A DNA stretch of 64,000 nt from Perkinsus chesapeaki ATCC PRA-425 (taxonomy: Eukaryota > Protista > Perkinsozoa): NCBI GenBank assembly GCA_013115145.1, contig JAAPAO010000082.1:1-64000 (forward strand). Direction: 5' to 3'. Each line of letters opens with the position of its first letter. The first letter of the stretch is position 1. The notes under the pieces are model-generated. The model was given only the letters and a program-made list of their open reading frames with translations. It searched no databases and had not been told where the DNA came from. Both the position numbers and the translations under genes were made by a program. Shown here piece after piece: positions 21,946-34,748 of this stretch.

Positions 21946-24900
21946 CTATCGGAACATCATATCAGCAGTGGGCACTCCAACCTGCTGTGGTTGGGCAACA
22001 ACTTGAGTATATGTATGAGTATTGCCAGTATTATCATTCATCATAGTGTATCCGCTCTGCAGTGGCTGCTGCTGCTGCTGACCGTATTGCTGCATCGTCA
22101 TCATCTGTGGTTGTTGGCCATACTGTTGCATGTTCATCATCATTGCTTGTTGTTGAGTATTCTCCACATTACTTCCATCAACACTCTGTTGGCCCGGTGT
22201 AAAACTGTCCTGTAGCTCCTGAGCTCTCTCCCTAGAGGCAGCGAATGGATCACCACGGGCGATGGCCCGCTGAGCAATCTCCTGACGTTTGTTAGCCTTC
22301 CAGTCCCTAGCTCGCTGACGCAGCTCGGCCTCGTCGCTGCCACTGAACTTGGCAACATATGTCTTGGTGCTCTTGGTGATCGTCTGCATTTGCTGGTAAG
22401 TGCCAGCCCATCCAGCAGTGTTCAGCGGGGGCTTCTCAGGAGCCTCAACTCGAACGAAATCGCCGTTCCACCACTTGGCGAAGGTCTCGGCATACTCGGT
22501 GTAATGATAGAAGAGCAGGGCGATAGGAGTATTGGCGAAGGGAGGATCGATGCCGTTGGAGCTCTCACCACATACAGCCTTCAGAGTGGCCGCCTTGCCC
22601 TTGGTTTCGGCATCGTCATGAGCACCGTTCTTGGTGACAACAGCGCCACTGTTAACGATTTCCATGTCACCACAGACGTAAGTGACGAGATGGTAGTCAC
22701 GTTCAGTGGGGGCATCGCCGAAGAAATGATCAGGACGGAGGAACTGATGAAAGGCAGGAGTCCGATGAAACCGTCAGCAGCCAAGCTGGCTCACCTCAAT
22801 GCGTCTTGAGACAACTTCACCCTTCAAGTTGAATACAACTGATGCTCTCTTCAATGGCAGCAGCTCCTCCTTGCCCATGTAGATGTCCTTAGGCACGGCG
22901 ACAAAGTCAACAGTCTCCAGGAGATTAGGATCGAAATCGACCTGTAAAAGTATCCTACAACTCCTGTCAGCTACAGGCACCCTCTTACTTGGTGATTAAG
23001 GTAGCCTCCGAAGCCATAAGCGAAGCCTGTAGCCCTCAACATCGTGGAGAAGTTAATGCGTATTCTCTCGTTCTTAAGGGACGGCTCCTTATTATCAACC
23101 CTCTTGCCACAGTACACTGTGACCTCATAGTGCTTATCAACAGTAAACCGAGGAGCCTCAGTGACCTCACGACAGCTGTACTCGAAAGCACCGAACTAAA
23201 TACAGACAGCAGCAATAGCCTTCTGTAGTGAGTGAGCAGCTGCAACTTACATCAAGAACGAGCTCCTTGGGGTACATATTGATATAGGCGCCTTTCAGTT
23301 CAGAGGGGCTGTCGGCAATCATGGCCGAACCTTCAGTGCCCTCGAAGTAGTACTTGCTTTCGATGAGCAACTAACATAGGTCAAGTTGTAACCGATAATA
23401 TTAAGTACACATATCAATATAACAATCAAACGAAGGCGGCAGCAGCCCCTCCTACCTTGCCCTTCTCAAGACCAGCAAAGGCAGATGCCACAGTGGTAGC
23501 ACTGAGCTCGTTATCCAACACCAAGATGAGGTCAGCACTTTTATACTTCTGGCCATCCTTAGGCTTATGGGTGACATCATAACAGTTGAGGGAGATGAAG
23601 TAGTAGAATTGCTTATAGACAAATCGGCCATTATTCAGACTGGCGCACGAGTAGTACTTGTCGGCAATCTAAAAATCAGTGATGACGAGGGCGACTACCA
23701 GCTGCCTCGTCCCACCTTAACAACCTTTAAGTTCTTCTGTGTGGCCGTTGCCGAGATGAACTGCAGCTCATCAGCGAACTTCACTGCTTTCTGGTCAACG
23801 TAAACTCCCTTAACATGCTTGTATATGGACGAGTACGTCACCGGTGCCTTTGGATTCTCGAGCTTGCCCCACCAGGCAGCCAGCTGTCTGGCGTGATAGT
23901 GGTTATCACAAATGATCTGCAGTGAATCATAAAATTGCGAATAGCATCTACAAGCTCACATCAACATCAGTCTTCTCTCCGGAGCCGTCATCCTTCTGGC
24001 ACCTCGCTCTGACCATATAAGCATTGCTCTCCGTGTTGATTGCCCTGTGAGGCTCTGGAGCATTCTGTACCGGATCGCAGGTGTACTGGAACTCGGAGAC
24101 GGCGTACTTATAGGAGCCTGCGGGGTTATTGGCGAAGTTAACCTAAAACCACCAGTACCAACGGCAACGCCTCAAACCGCCGCCTCCGCCTACTGTGAGC
24201 CATCTCTTATGCTCCTCCCTCTCGACAACTGATGTCACCACACCAGGGGTGCTTTGGGCCACAGAGCTCGGCTGGTAAGATGCCTTAACGAGTGTGAAGT
24301 CGTTCTTGATGTTATCGATCCGGACAGCTGCGCAGGACTTTAGGATATCCTTCGACACGGCGAGCTCCGAGATGACGGCCTTGCCCCATGTAGCGATTTG
24401 GAGAGCGGACTCTTGCTCACGACACTCAATCTCGAGAACCTGGTAAAAATACATACCAACAAGGCGGAGCGAAGCAGCTGACCTGCTCCTGGCATGCGCA
24501 CTGCATGACCAAGGTGCCCATGGGGGTGTATTGTGGTGGTGACATGACATGAGAGCAGGAGTACTGGTTCATGCCTTGCCCAGGTGTCAAGGTCTCCAGC
24601 TCGATACCAGCTCCCACTATAGAGGCTCGGCCAAGCTTCATGGGTGTAAGGGAACCCTTCACTGTCACACGCTCACATGAGCGACAAACCTTCTCTTGGA
24701 CAACAACCTGATAGATAGGAGAACTCAGTGCATGACGAGTGGGAGGAGGCATATTGCCGTCAAGTAACACAGTAATAGAATAACAGAGCAATACGACGCA
24801 TTTGATACGGGCAGTGAACCTATTTGGCGATGTTTTAACCTCCACCACACTAGAGTGCCGCGCTCCCCTGACAAACTTACAGTTGCATCAGTCTTGCCAC

Positions 24901-27900
24901 AGAATGGTCCACGGCTGACCTCGATAGCTGTGCTAGCTGATCCACAGACCATTTCAACCTGATGATGAAGAGCATCATCATCATCACAATTGACAATGCC
25001 TTCCTTGCTCATACCTTAGCCTCTTGTTTAGCCCTCTCATCATGGCAGTCCATAGGGATAACGAACTCATCCAGGCGGATCTCTGGGTTCTGCTTAAGTG
25101 CCCCACAGGTCAGCATCCTCATCTCACTTCCCCTTTGAACCTGACAACCCTGTGACCAGCGCAACCCAGCAGCAGCATCAGCATCGACCTACATAGAGAT
25201 AGCGAATCGATTGAGTTAAGGTAACCGAGAGCATCTGGACACTCCAACCAGCGGCACCACCAACGCGGCAGGCATTGCACGCTCCCGGAGGAGTCTTCAC
25301 CGCGACCTGAGCAACGCAGTGCACTCGTTGGCTGTCATCTCTTTGGCTCCTTCTCACTTCATTACGAACGTATCCTCCCCATTGGGTGGCGAACAGGACA
25401 GCGGCATCAGCCACCGAGCATGTCACAACAACCCTTTGAGATTGACAGTTCATAGACAGCCTGTAGATGCCGTTATCGTTCTCAGGAGGAGCGGTCACGG
25501 CGTCACACTGCAGGTTCATACTGGTATGTTGCTTAGCCTAACTCAGCCATCAGCAGCAGCAGCTATTCCCTACCCCTGCTCCCCTTACCCTGATATATCT
25601 CTTAGTGACCATCATACTGGAGAATCCACCACCGGCACCAGCATTCTCCACCCAGGCCTGCTCTAGAGTGTGGACGGCTTGATCCATACCCATAACCACA
25701 CTGCGGCAGGATTGAATAAAGTCGTTGTCCATACGGATTTGAGGGTTCACAAGGCCGCCCCAGCGGTAGGCGAACTCCTTAGCAGCATCAGGATTGCCGT
25801 AAAGGATAGTAGCTTGCTGCCCATCGCAAAGCAACTGAAACAACAATACCATGGGCCCCACTAGACCAGAGCGCTCTTACCGAAATGACGTATTTGCCTC
25901 CTCTGCTGGCAATGTCAGCAGTGACAGCGTTACAGGTGTGTACAACGACCTTACCATCACTCTTAACCTGATAACGTCACTCCGTCTTTCCCATGATCAG
26001 CAGTTTGCCTGTCTCACCTCAAGGGTCCTTCCTGTGATATCAGCATTAGCGTTATACTGCACCTTAGCTGCCACAACTTCACTGGGGCTCCCAATACGCA
26101 GATTGCCGCCCTGTACAGTGGCATAGGCACCCGCCAGGAGACTTGGATGCATTTCAACCTGACAGCAGCAGCAGACACTTCCGACCTGAACCTCAGAGCC
26201 CCAGCCTCACCGTTGGTGTCTCTAGCTGGGCCCAGATGATACCGAAGGCTATCGAAGCTGTGACGGTCTTGAAGACGAGCTTCACCTGAGATCGTCGACC
26301 TGTCTTCGGGGGTTGCTGTATAAGTCATGCTCACCGCAATAGTGTTCTCGAGGCGCTCATCGGTCGAACATTGAAGCGTGATGTAATATCTGTCGTTGTT
26401 GTAAGTAATGGACTCGCTATCACCAGCCAAAGATTTGCAGAAGTATGCAGAGCCACGCACCTGCTGGAGTAGGTTAAAAGATACTAAACCCACTGGACAA
26501 GAACTCACAGTGAAGATTCTTCCAACGACAACTTCAGAAAAGGTATCCTTGTACACCGCCGCGGTATCTATCTTCTCCACCTGTCCATTTCCCAGATCAG
26601 CCCCCTCGACATGATCAAGATCGACCTGAGCATTAGATGTTACCAGCGGCGGCGGGCGCCGTAGCAGGCTTCGTATCAGACTCACAGCGACGTATTGCCC
26701 CCACTGTTGGGCGAACTCCTTAGCATCCTGTTCACGTGGGAACACAACCGCGACCTCGTCCTTGCGCTCCTCCATGGAGGGTGTGTCACCGCGGAAGGAC
26801 AGCCCGCAGCGTGAACGTACAGCATACTCATCTAGATAAGAGATGTTCGTAACACCGCCGCTGGTATCGAGATAACCTACTCTGATTTCTCTGCTCAATG
26901 GTCCAAACCTTTTGACAGGCATACCACTCCTTATCCTCTGGCTTAGGCACAGCTTCAGAGCCAACCTGACAGCATGACAGTGACTCATACAGGGCAGAGT
27001 CTAAGACCCACCGCCTTACCGCGAGCCACAAAAGCCTCACACGATCTTCACGAGTGTATCTTTCCCTAGTAGCCGACACCAGTGTGTAGTTACCACTGGC
27101 ATCGTTGTTGTCAGAAGGTGTTATCTCAACTCGGAGAGCTGGTGTTAGTAGGGCCAGATTAACCGATACCTGAAAGGCAGCAGCATTACCGATACGTTAT
27201 TGATTAAGTCTGTAGTGGTACGTCAGCTCTAAAGTGGGACCACTCCGACGAGAATCTCCAGGCATCATCTTCATTTTTAAAACGTATGTCGACTGTTCTC
27301 CCTTGGCATTTAGCATTGACGATGTAAGCATCACTCGCACTCTCATAGACAACAGGCTCGCTGACTCTGTCACATCTAATGCTGCCGTCGAGACCTTCCA
27401 CCTACACCAGACACAACCGTCGTGGGCCTGCGCGGCGCTGGTGGGGAACGAAAAGATACTGGAACCGAGAATCGAACTCGGGACCTACTGCGTGTTAGGC
27501 AGTCGTCATAACCAACTAGACCATTCCAGCGTTGAAATCCCTTCAAACCAACCCCATGCCATCAGACAGCGCTCACCTCGATCCGCCCACGGACTGTCCT
27601 CTTCCCCATATCGCATACATCAGATGTTGCCCTCAGCAGCTTACCCGAGAAGTCACCAGAGAATACGCCCTCACTGCGGGACACCAAGTCATCAGGAACC
27701 TGTGACAAGTACAATGACCCATCAACTGCAACAACACCTCATCTCACCTCGTTGAACCCACCCCAGCGAGCGGCAAACTTTTCAGCGAGCTCCTCGGTGG
27801 AGAAGCTTAATTCGACATCCTTCTTGTCACACGCAGCCTTCACGGTCTTCCCTTCGATATCAGTGGCACCAGCACAGTTGTACTTCTCCCCAGACTTCAT

Positions 27901-29010
27901 CTGAAACGGGAAGTCCGCCGGGGAATCGCCCAGGTCTCGTCTACAGTGAGAATGCGCTCTGTGGCCATTTCAGTGGAAGGATTGATGCGGACCTCGGCGG
28001 AAGCGATGTCAGATCCTTCCAGTTCAGAGGAACGGATCGGTACCTTACAAAAAGGACTGCACCAACACCCGTGGTAACATCAGAGCTTACTCCGAGCGTG
28101 TATCCTCCCCAGTTAGCCGCAAACATCATTGCGGTAACTCTCTCTTTAAAGAGGAGGTTGAATGTCTTAGTGACTTTATTTTGATATGTGCAGGTGAGCT
28201 CAACTTCGTAACGTCCGTTTGCTTCGATCGGACCGGAGTGGACTTTGTCACAATATACTTTATATTCTCCCAGCTGAACTTATGTACTTACGATGCGTCT
28301 ACTCAGAATTCACTTACTGTTATGCGTCGTAGCCGAGGGCTGCTATTACGATAGCGAATGTACGATAAGCCAAGGTTCTGCTTCACCCCCCACCACTGAG
28401 CGAAAGGGTTCTTCTCCACCCAAGCATCAGCAACAACTTCGGGTGATACGGTGAACTGAAAGGGAACCATTTCGGGGAAGCCATCAAGACAAAGCAGTCG
28501 TTTGTTCCACTAAACTTACGGTCTCGAGATCTCCCCAAAGGACGGCGAATTGAAGTGCTTCGTACTCGTGCTCGAAATACAGGCTTGTTGGTTTCCCATC
28601 ACAAGTAGTTGATACTTTATAAGCAGACTCTTCAGTATCCCTTCTTGGAGATTCAGTAACAGCCTCGCATTTATGCTTGGAGAAGCTACCGCGGTTATCA
28701 CCAACGAGCTGAGGTATGAAGTGAGACAAGTCGATAAGCCTCGATGGCTCACCCATATAGTTCTTGGCTCCTTCTGTGTATTGACAGCCTTCGCGATCTG
28801 TGAGGCTTCCTTAACGCTATGGATGACCACTTTATTGCATTGATCCACGATATCATCCGCGATCTAAAGGTGAGGGGTAACAAGACCATACATCACAGTT
28901 CCCACGTGTTCTGTAATGGGTACATCTTGAGCTCCAACAAGTACTCCGAGAGAAAACAGCGCAGCAGCTGCCCTTTTCCAGCCAGGGTAAGCGGCCTTTG
29001 TGGAATTCAT
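21946..29010 (-). CDS. Large secreted protein of tandem novel 'FAxxWGG' domains with a Gln/Met-rich tail, many exons
   Basis: Signal MNSTKAAYPGWKRAAAALFSLGVLVGA; recurrent domain ending FAVLWG, FAANWGG, FAARWGG, FSSEWS, FAQQWG, FAYRWGG, FATQWGG, LAAWWG, FAYGFGG, FAKWWNG across spliced exons. A single-gene model is inferred. Confidence 0.72.
27457..27530 (-). tRNA. trnV-AAC: tRNA-Val(AAC), intact, sense-oriented inside an intron (about 27402-27576)
   Basis: GCTGGAA-TG-GTCTAGTTGGTTATGAC-G-ACTGC-CTAACAC-GCAGT-AGGTC-CCGAG-TTCGATT-CTCGG-TTCCAGT-A; all stems pair; followed by TCTTTT. Confidence 0.96.
28374..28947 (-). repeat. Duplicated segment, copy A (5' exons and introns of the FAxxWGG gene)
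   Basis: Near-identical to 36437-37009, introns included. Confidence 0.95.
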
Positions 29011-29309
29011 TGTAAATAACAAGGCAAGTGTTTTTAAACAGGCTAACACTACAGAAGAAATCGTTCAAAAGACAGGGATCGCGCGAAAGATCAATGGAAA
29101 AATATCGCTCAGAATAATACTCAGATCTTGCGCACTTCGTCCGGCTTAATCTTTCTGAACGGAGCCAGCGCGCTCCGGAAAATAATTTTCTTGAAAGTGT
29201 CAACGATGCTGACTCAACATTTACTACACCTTTTTAACATCAAGTTCACACTTAGGAACATCAATTTCGTCTCAACGGGCGAACTTGAGCGCACGAATCT
29301 GAAACGGAG

Positions 29310-29721
29310 ATGCTGTTTATGCTGTTTTATGCGCGTGTTGTTTGCTATCCATTACCTTGCAACCGGTAACTATTTTTGGTGTGTGGGCCGCAGTCTGTCA
29401 GCCTCTAACGCTACCGCCTGGCGTTATGTGAAAGACGGTTTGACTGCCATTTCTAGTCACGCCGTTGTTTCCCGTTGGATTCCTTGGTACGACCAAATCG
29501 CCATAATCGACATGGAGAGGAAATTCCGTCTCCACCGGCGAATGCCCCTGGTGGTAGGGGCAATCGACGGCTCGCAGATACCTGTGTTGAGCCCGGCCGT
29601 TCATGAAGAGGCGAATATTAATAGAAAAGGCTTCAGCAGTGTCAATCTGATGGCAGTTTGCGACTACAACGGTCTTTTCCGATATGTCTGCTGCCGTTGG
29701 CCGGGTTCGACCCATGATTAG
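29310..29721 (+). mobile_element. Truncated PIF/Harbinger transposase (HARBI1/DDE_Tnp_4-like) fragment
   Basis: RVLFAIHYLATG..VVGAIDGSQIPV..NRKGFSSVNLMAVCDYNGLFRYVCCRWPGSTHD-stop; it ends right after WPGSxHD. Confidence 0.88.
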
Positions 29722-31353
29722 TCGAGCGAACTTGACTGTACTAACTTATCTTGTCGAACTTGAGAATCCTATGGCGAAATTGAAAATCCTAACGGTGAAG
29801 TGGATCTTCCCGTTTCAGATTCGTGCGCTCAAATTCGCCCGTTGAGACGAAATTGATGTTTCTAAATGTGAACTTGATATTAAGAAGGTGTAGTGATCGA
29901 GAGCTGAGTAGTCGGCACTAAACGGCTGTTAACCTAACTCGGAATACACACCTCAATCTAGACCCTCAAAGCATCATTTTTCTTTCGTCTGCCGGGGGCT
30001 TGGAATTTGCAAGAGATGCGGCAATGCTCGTGGCGTCTATTTCAAAATCTGAAACAGATCATCTGTTTCCACCTTAACCTACTCTACTTCTACTAACTTG
30101 AAAGTGCAAAGGCCCTCAAGCTCTGCTTTTATCTCCACAAGCACTGGCTCGTATGCTGTTCGCGGCATTTACTTCAAAGGTGCGTGTCGTCACCGTGGAC
30201 GGGTGATAGTCTTTTATAGTGTAGATAATAGACCAGTGACAGGTCACCAGTCTCTCACTGATTGACTAGTATGAAATAACGATCAACAATCGCAATATGT
30301 GTCCACCTTGCTCTGCTCGCATTGCGAGGAATGTAGTATCGCAAATGAGTTCGTACGCTCGAGTTATGACTTAATAAAGTAAATGAACCAACAATATTGA
30401 GTCAGTATCTCGGTTCGCACCTCTTATTGTAAGAGGATCTTCAAAATCCAACCCTGCTCATTCTTGCTCGTACGCATCGGGGCAGAGGATCAGCTGGATT
30501 CCTTGTTAGGGCTTCTCTTTCCGTTTGCAACAAAGTCCTGATAGTAGCATTTTGGGTCGCTTGTGAGGCCGCGCAGCTTCCGAGTAGGGTTGTTATTCCG
30601 CTCTGCTGAAGCGGCTTTACGCTTAGACATGACAGCTTTTAGAGGGCGCATTGGCTTCCTGGTCCAGGAATCCTGGACCTTCGTTCCCACCTCGGTCTTT
30701 GCGGTATTAAGAAGGGGGCGAGTCGGATCCGAATGACCACGCACTCCTGTCACCATACTCTCCACAACGCAGCGATAGCATTGATGGAAGCAGGGTGCAA
30801 GGCGACTTGCTGGGGTTGTTCGGTAGTGGTAGCGATACGGAGTAATATTAGTAAAGACACTCTCTCATATTTTAATGAAAGACGACGTAGCAAATCACCA
30901 CAGTAGTTACTTCATATTTGTTGGGCCTTGACACTTTTATTGACCACACCGTCATGTGTGCACGTGAAAGATTTATACTCCTTAAAGATATCACAATTAT
31001 CCACTGGAATTGAACCGCAAAAAGAGACCAAGAGGGGCTACCGGAAAAGTACCACTAGCTTCGTACACCGTGTACGTAACCAGATGACAAATCGGATAAC
31101 GGTGACGGTTTTTGAACGTGCGAAAGCTTGGCATACTAGTCTAGAAAGTTCCGTAGTCGAAACCATGAACTTGCATGCTAGTGCAGAGAACATCGATGAA
31201 ACATGGGACAAGTTGAGGTCATACTTACTGTTGAGTATATTATTTTTCAAGTTGTAGAGTTTGTATGATCTTAGGAACCTTTCCTGTTCCAATGGCGCAA
31301 ATCCTGTCCATTATTTTACCGAGATGGGTGTCCCTGATGATTGCGAGTGAATT

Positions 31354-31400
31354 GATTTCTGAAATGTCAGTCCTAAATCAGAACTGACATTTCAGAAATC
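31354..31400. repeat. Perfect 18-bp inverted repeat with an 11-nt spacer
   Basis: GATTTCTGAAATGTCAGT (31354-31371) and ACTGACATTTCAGAAATC (31383-31400). Confidence 0.95.
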
Positions 31401-32612
31401 TAAAGTAGGACTCCTAAACCATTCAATGAACGGCATTTATCCCAATCAGATATGCGAGTCTCGTAAAGAAAACCCAATTTCGTTTATATAGGGCAAAATT
31501 CAAATTGTAAATTGGATTTACTAAGTTATTGAAGGTAACCTCAAGTTTAAAGCCCAAGTAGAGATATCCGCTGAGTAGTCAGCTACCCTATCAGATAGGG
31601 CCTATCTACATAGGGCCGGTCTATTTCTTCCGTGGAAATATCCGAGATGAACACCTCGTCCATTTGGCGAACAGTTCCCCGTCGATGAGGAGATCAGAAA
31701 CGGGAATTAGTCGTTTAAATTATAAATCTTGGCCCTGACGGTATTTGTCAGAGTCACTTGTAGTGGCTTACTGTTACAAAAAAGTGTCTTTGATCATCGA
31801 TTCAAAGATATCATCGAGGGATTGCATATTAATCATCAAACTCACTACCTTAAACTTGGCTAAGAGGCTTACGCATGGATATAAGAAAAACGAGCCAGTT
31901 AATGAATGTGAGCGATAGTTTTGAGTCCGTAGTTCGGCACAGTTAGTATGGAACCGCTGTACCGCAAACACTTTCAGTCTACAGTAGACGTACCTGAAGT
32001 ACGGATTGAAGCTCTAGAAGTTCCAGGGGGATTACTCTGGCATGCCCCGAAAAGTTCACGTTTTAACATGTTCCAGTATTCATACACAACTGCATTCTCT
32101 TCTCTAAGATACTCATGCTAAGCTAATGGTAGTACCATTGTAGCATGGCATATTTCCCTGGTTTTCATCGTGTGAAACGGCTCCCATAGTATATTACGCT
32201 TAGTCTTATATCGTAGGAGTTATATTCTGCCGCGTGTACTATACGTCGTATAGTATAGTATACGATGATAGTCGTTTACGGCTTGTTTCCGTGTCGTCGC
32301 CGGGATCTTTTCGTGAACCCTACCACCGGTTCACAGTTCTACAAACGCAAAACCTCTCGAGATCAAAGTCGTACTGCAGTTATACAAAGTCGTGCGGCTA
32401 CACTTCATACTCTCTATTGAAACATCTTTACTATCCGTATGGCAGGCATAGTACTATTAAACAGTGAATGACAGTCATTGTAGACCATTACAAGCAAATA
32501 TACTCCCGAATGCGCTCAAAGATTCATTAGTAATGGATAGACTGAAACAAAAAGTAAGACACAAAGCCGTTCGTAGCAAAGTCTACAAAACATTTGAATG
32601 AAGTCAGCTCGA

Positions 32613-34748
32613 CTAGCTACTTCTGGTGGATGCCTTCGTGCTAGCGTCACCGATGTTACTAAACGAGACACTGATAGTTGTGCTCGTCTCAGATGGTATC
32701 GATCTACCAAGGGGGGTACTGCTGCTATCAGTAGTCGTGTCTCTAGCACGTGTGGTAACATTCGAGGACCCCAGAGCGGTGGTCACGTAGGCGCCAGTCG
32801 TAGTTACGTCGTCCTCGTTAATGGAACGCATTGGTGATGTCACGATCGTTGTAGTTTCTGTTCTTGCTAATTCAGAAGTAACTAATATAGCAGTTTCACT
32901 CGAATCGCCCAAGAATGTGGCGGTGGTGATGGTCGTTGGGTCCACAATCTGCTCTGTTACGGTTGTATTACTGGTCGACGATGAACTACTCCCTGTGCTT
33001 GTAGTAGTGATCTGGCTGTAAGTAGTAGTGGAAGGTGGAGCAGTGGCTGCCACTGTAGAAGCAGATGAGATGATGGTAGAGGTAGAAGGTGAATTAGTGG
33101 TTGAAGTTGTAGAAGCCGATGCGTTGGTAGCGGTCGAGCGTGAAGCAGTAGTTAAAGCTGCAGGAGAAGATGAGCTGTTTGTAGTGGTCGAAGGTGAACC
33201 AGTAGTTACCATCGTAGAAGCAGATGAGCTGTTTGTAGTGGNNNNNNNNNNNNNNNNNNNNNNNNNNNNNNNNNNNNNNNNNNNNNNNNNNNNNNNNNNN
33301 NNNNNNNNNNNNNNNNNNNNNNNNNNNNNNNNNNNNNCTATTGTAGTGGTCGAAGGTGAACCAGTAGTTACCATCGTAGAAGCAGATGAGCTGTTTGTAG
33401 TGGTCGAAGGTGAGCCAGTAGTTACCATCGTAGAAGCGGATGAGTTGTTTGTAGTGGTCGAAGGTGAACCAGTAGTGACCATCGCAGAAACAGATGAGTT
33501 GGTAGAAGTTGTTGATGATGAAACACTTACTGTTGTAGTGGTGGTAAATCCCTCTGTGGTATTAGTAGAAGCACCCGTATAGTTCACTACGGCTGCACTA
33601 CTCGTCGTTTGGGATGTTCCAGTTGGGCCAGTAGAATCCCTAGACGTCGTCGAGCTCATAACCGTCAAAGTCTGTGTAGTAAATTGAGTCGTCCCGGGCG
33701 GTCCTGGGGAGGTCGTAGTGTATAGAGTCTTGTTAGTTACAGGACACGAGCACTGCGTAGGCGAGGCCGGAGTAGTCGTAGCGGGTTCTCGTAGTTGTAG
33801 CCAGTAGTCATAGGTTACGAATCTCGGTGCGAGGAAGACTTCCTCATCAGGGCATCCTCTGAGACAATTAACAGCAAGTCCGCAAAACTGACAAATGTCT
33901 GCATGTATCCCTACCTCTTCTCGAGGGATGTATCATAAGGTGACTCGCGATAGAATCCAGGCATGCACCAGCAGACTTGTCGCTCCGAATACCAATTGTA
34001 TGTACACCACTCCGGAGGGCTCTCCTCAGGGTACCCTGCACCAACGGCGTACAAATGTGATACAAGCTTCGGCGCCCAGCTTACATGAAAGTACCCATGG
34101 TACGTCTCCTTCGGTAGAAGAGCAGATGGTATCGTAGGAAGGTCCATAAGGGGGTAGAGCCACGTACCTAGGCTGCTTCTCGTAGCATCTAACCACAATC
34201 ATATACGACCAAAAACATCAACGGTAGACAACGTACAGCCAATCACGATTCTTGCTGCCATGACGGTTACCCTTGTCGTTAGGATCGAGAACACAGTCTA
34301 CCACAGCAGAGATGGGCAACTGCTGGAGTGAGTGGTGGACCCGTACCGTATTTTGCAGGAGCGTCTTCATATCCTCGATCATCTTGATGCCACTCATGGA
34401 GCCTTATACACAACCTGTAATAGCGGCGCCATCGTAGCCCGGCTACCCAAATCAGCCTACTGTTTGATTTTCTTCCCTCTGGCACCATATGTCTCTGCGT
34501 TTCGCCACTTTCCATGACAGTAGGATTTACCATTGGCCTTTACCTTTCCTCGACCATGGGCATAAAGATTGTAGTCTACAGTATCAGATACTGCCAGTGC
34601 CTTGGGAAGCCCTGAGAAAGACATCACATTGCGATAAGCATAGAAGTGGCTTACACTTCCAGCGAGCTTCATCAGGTCGCTTGAACCCCTTAACCACCGA
34701 CATGATTATTGCGCAGCCAGCAACCGACAGTAACGTAATGCTTCTCAT
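32613..34748 (-). CDS. Secreted protein with an N-terminal globular domain (weakly GH18-like) and a long Ser/Thr mucin-like stalk
   Basis: Signal MRSITLLSVAGCAIIMSVVKG; exons with GYDGAAITG and YVALPPYGPSY; 351-aa Ser/Thr-rich ORF with 18-aa repeats. Confidence 0.65.
33170..33500 (-). repeat. 54-bp coding tandem repeat (TTNSSSASTMVTTGSPST) interrupted by a 96-N assembly gap at 33242-33337
   Basis: Unit GTAGTGGTCGAAGGTGAACCAGTAGTTACCATCGTAGAAGCAGATGAGCTGTTT repeated on both sides of the gap. Confidence 0.95.

Noticed and set aside
21946-29010. Repeat-and-spacer (CRISPR-like) interpretation of the recurring motifs
   Set aside because: The repeats are at protein level, diverged at nucleotide level and split by spliceosomal introns; no DNA direct-repeat array or cas gene exists in the window.
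30928-31257. ORF with ENIDETWDKLRS resembling the linker of non-LTR retrotransposon ORF2
   Set aside because: No endonuclease or reverse-transcriptase motifs nearby; too weak to call.
33028-33582. Val/Glu-rich plus-strand ORF
   Set aside because: Antisense shadow of the Ser/Thr-rich mucin repeat.
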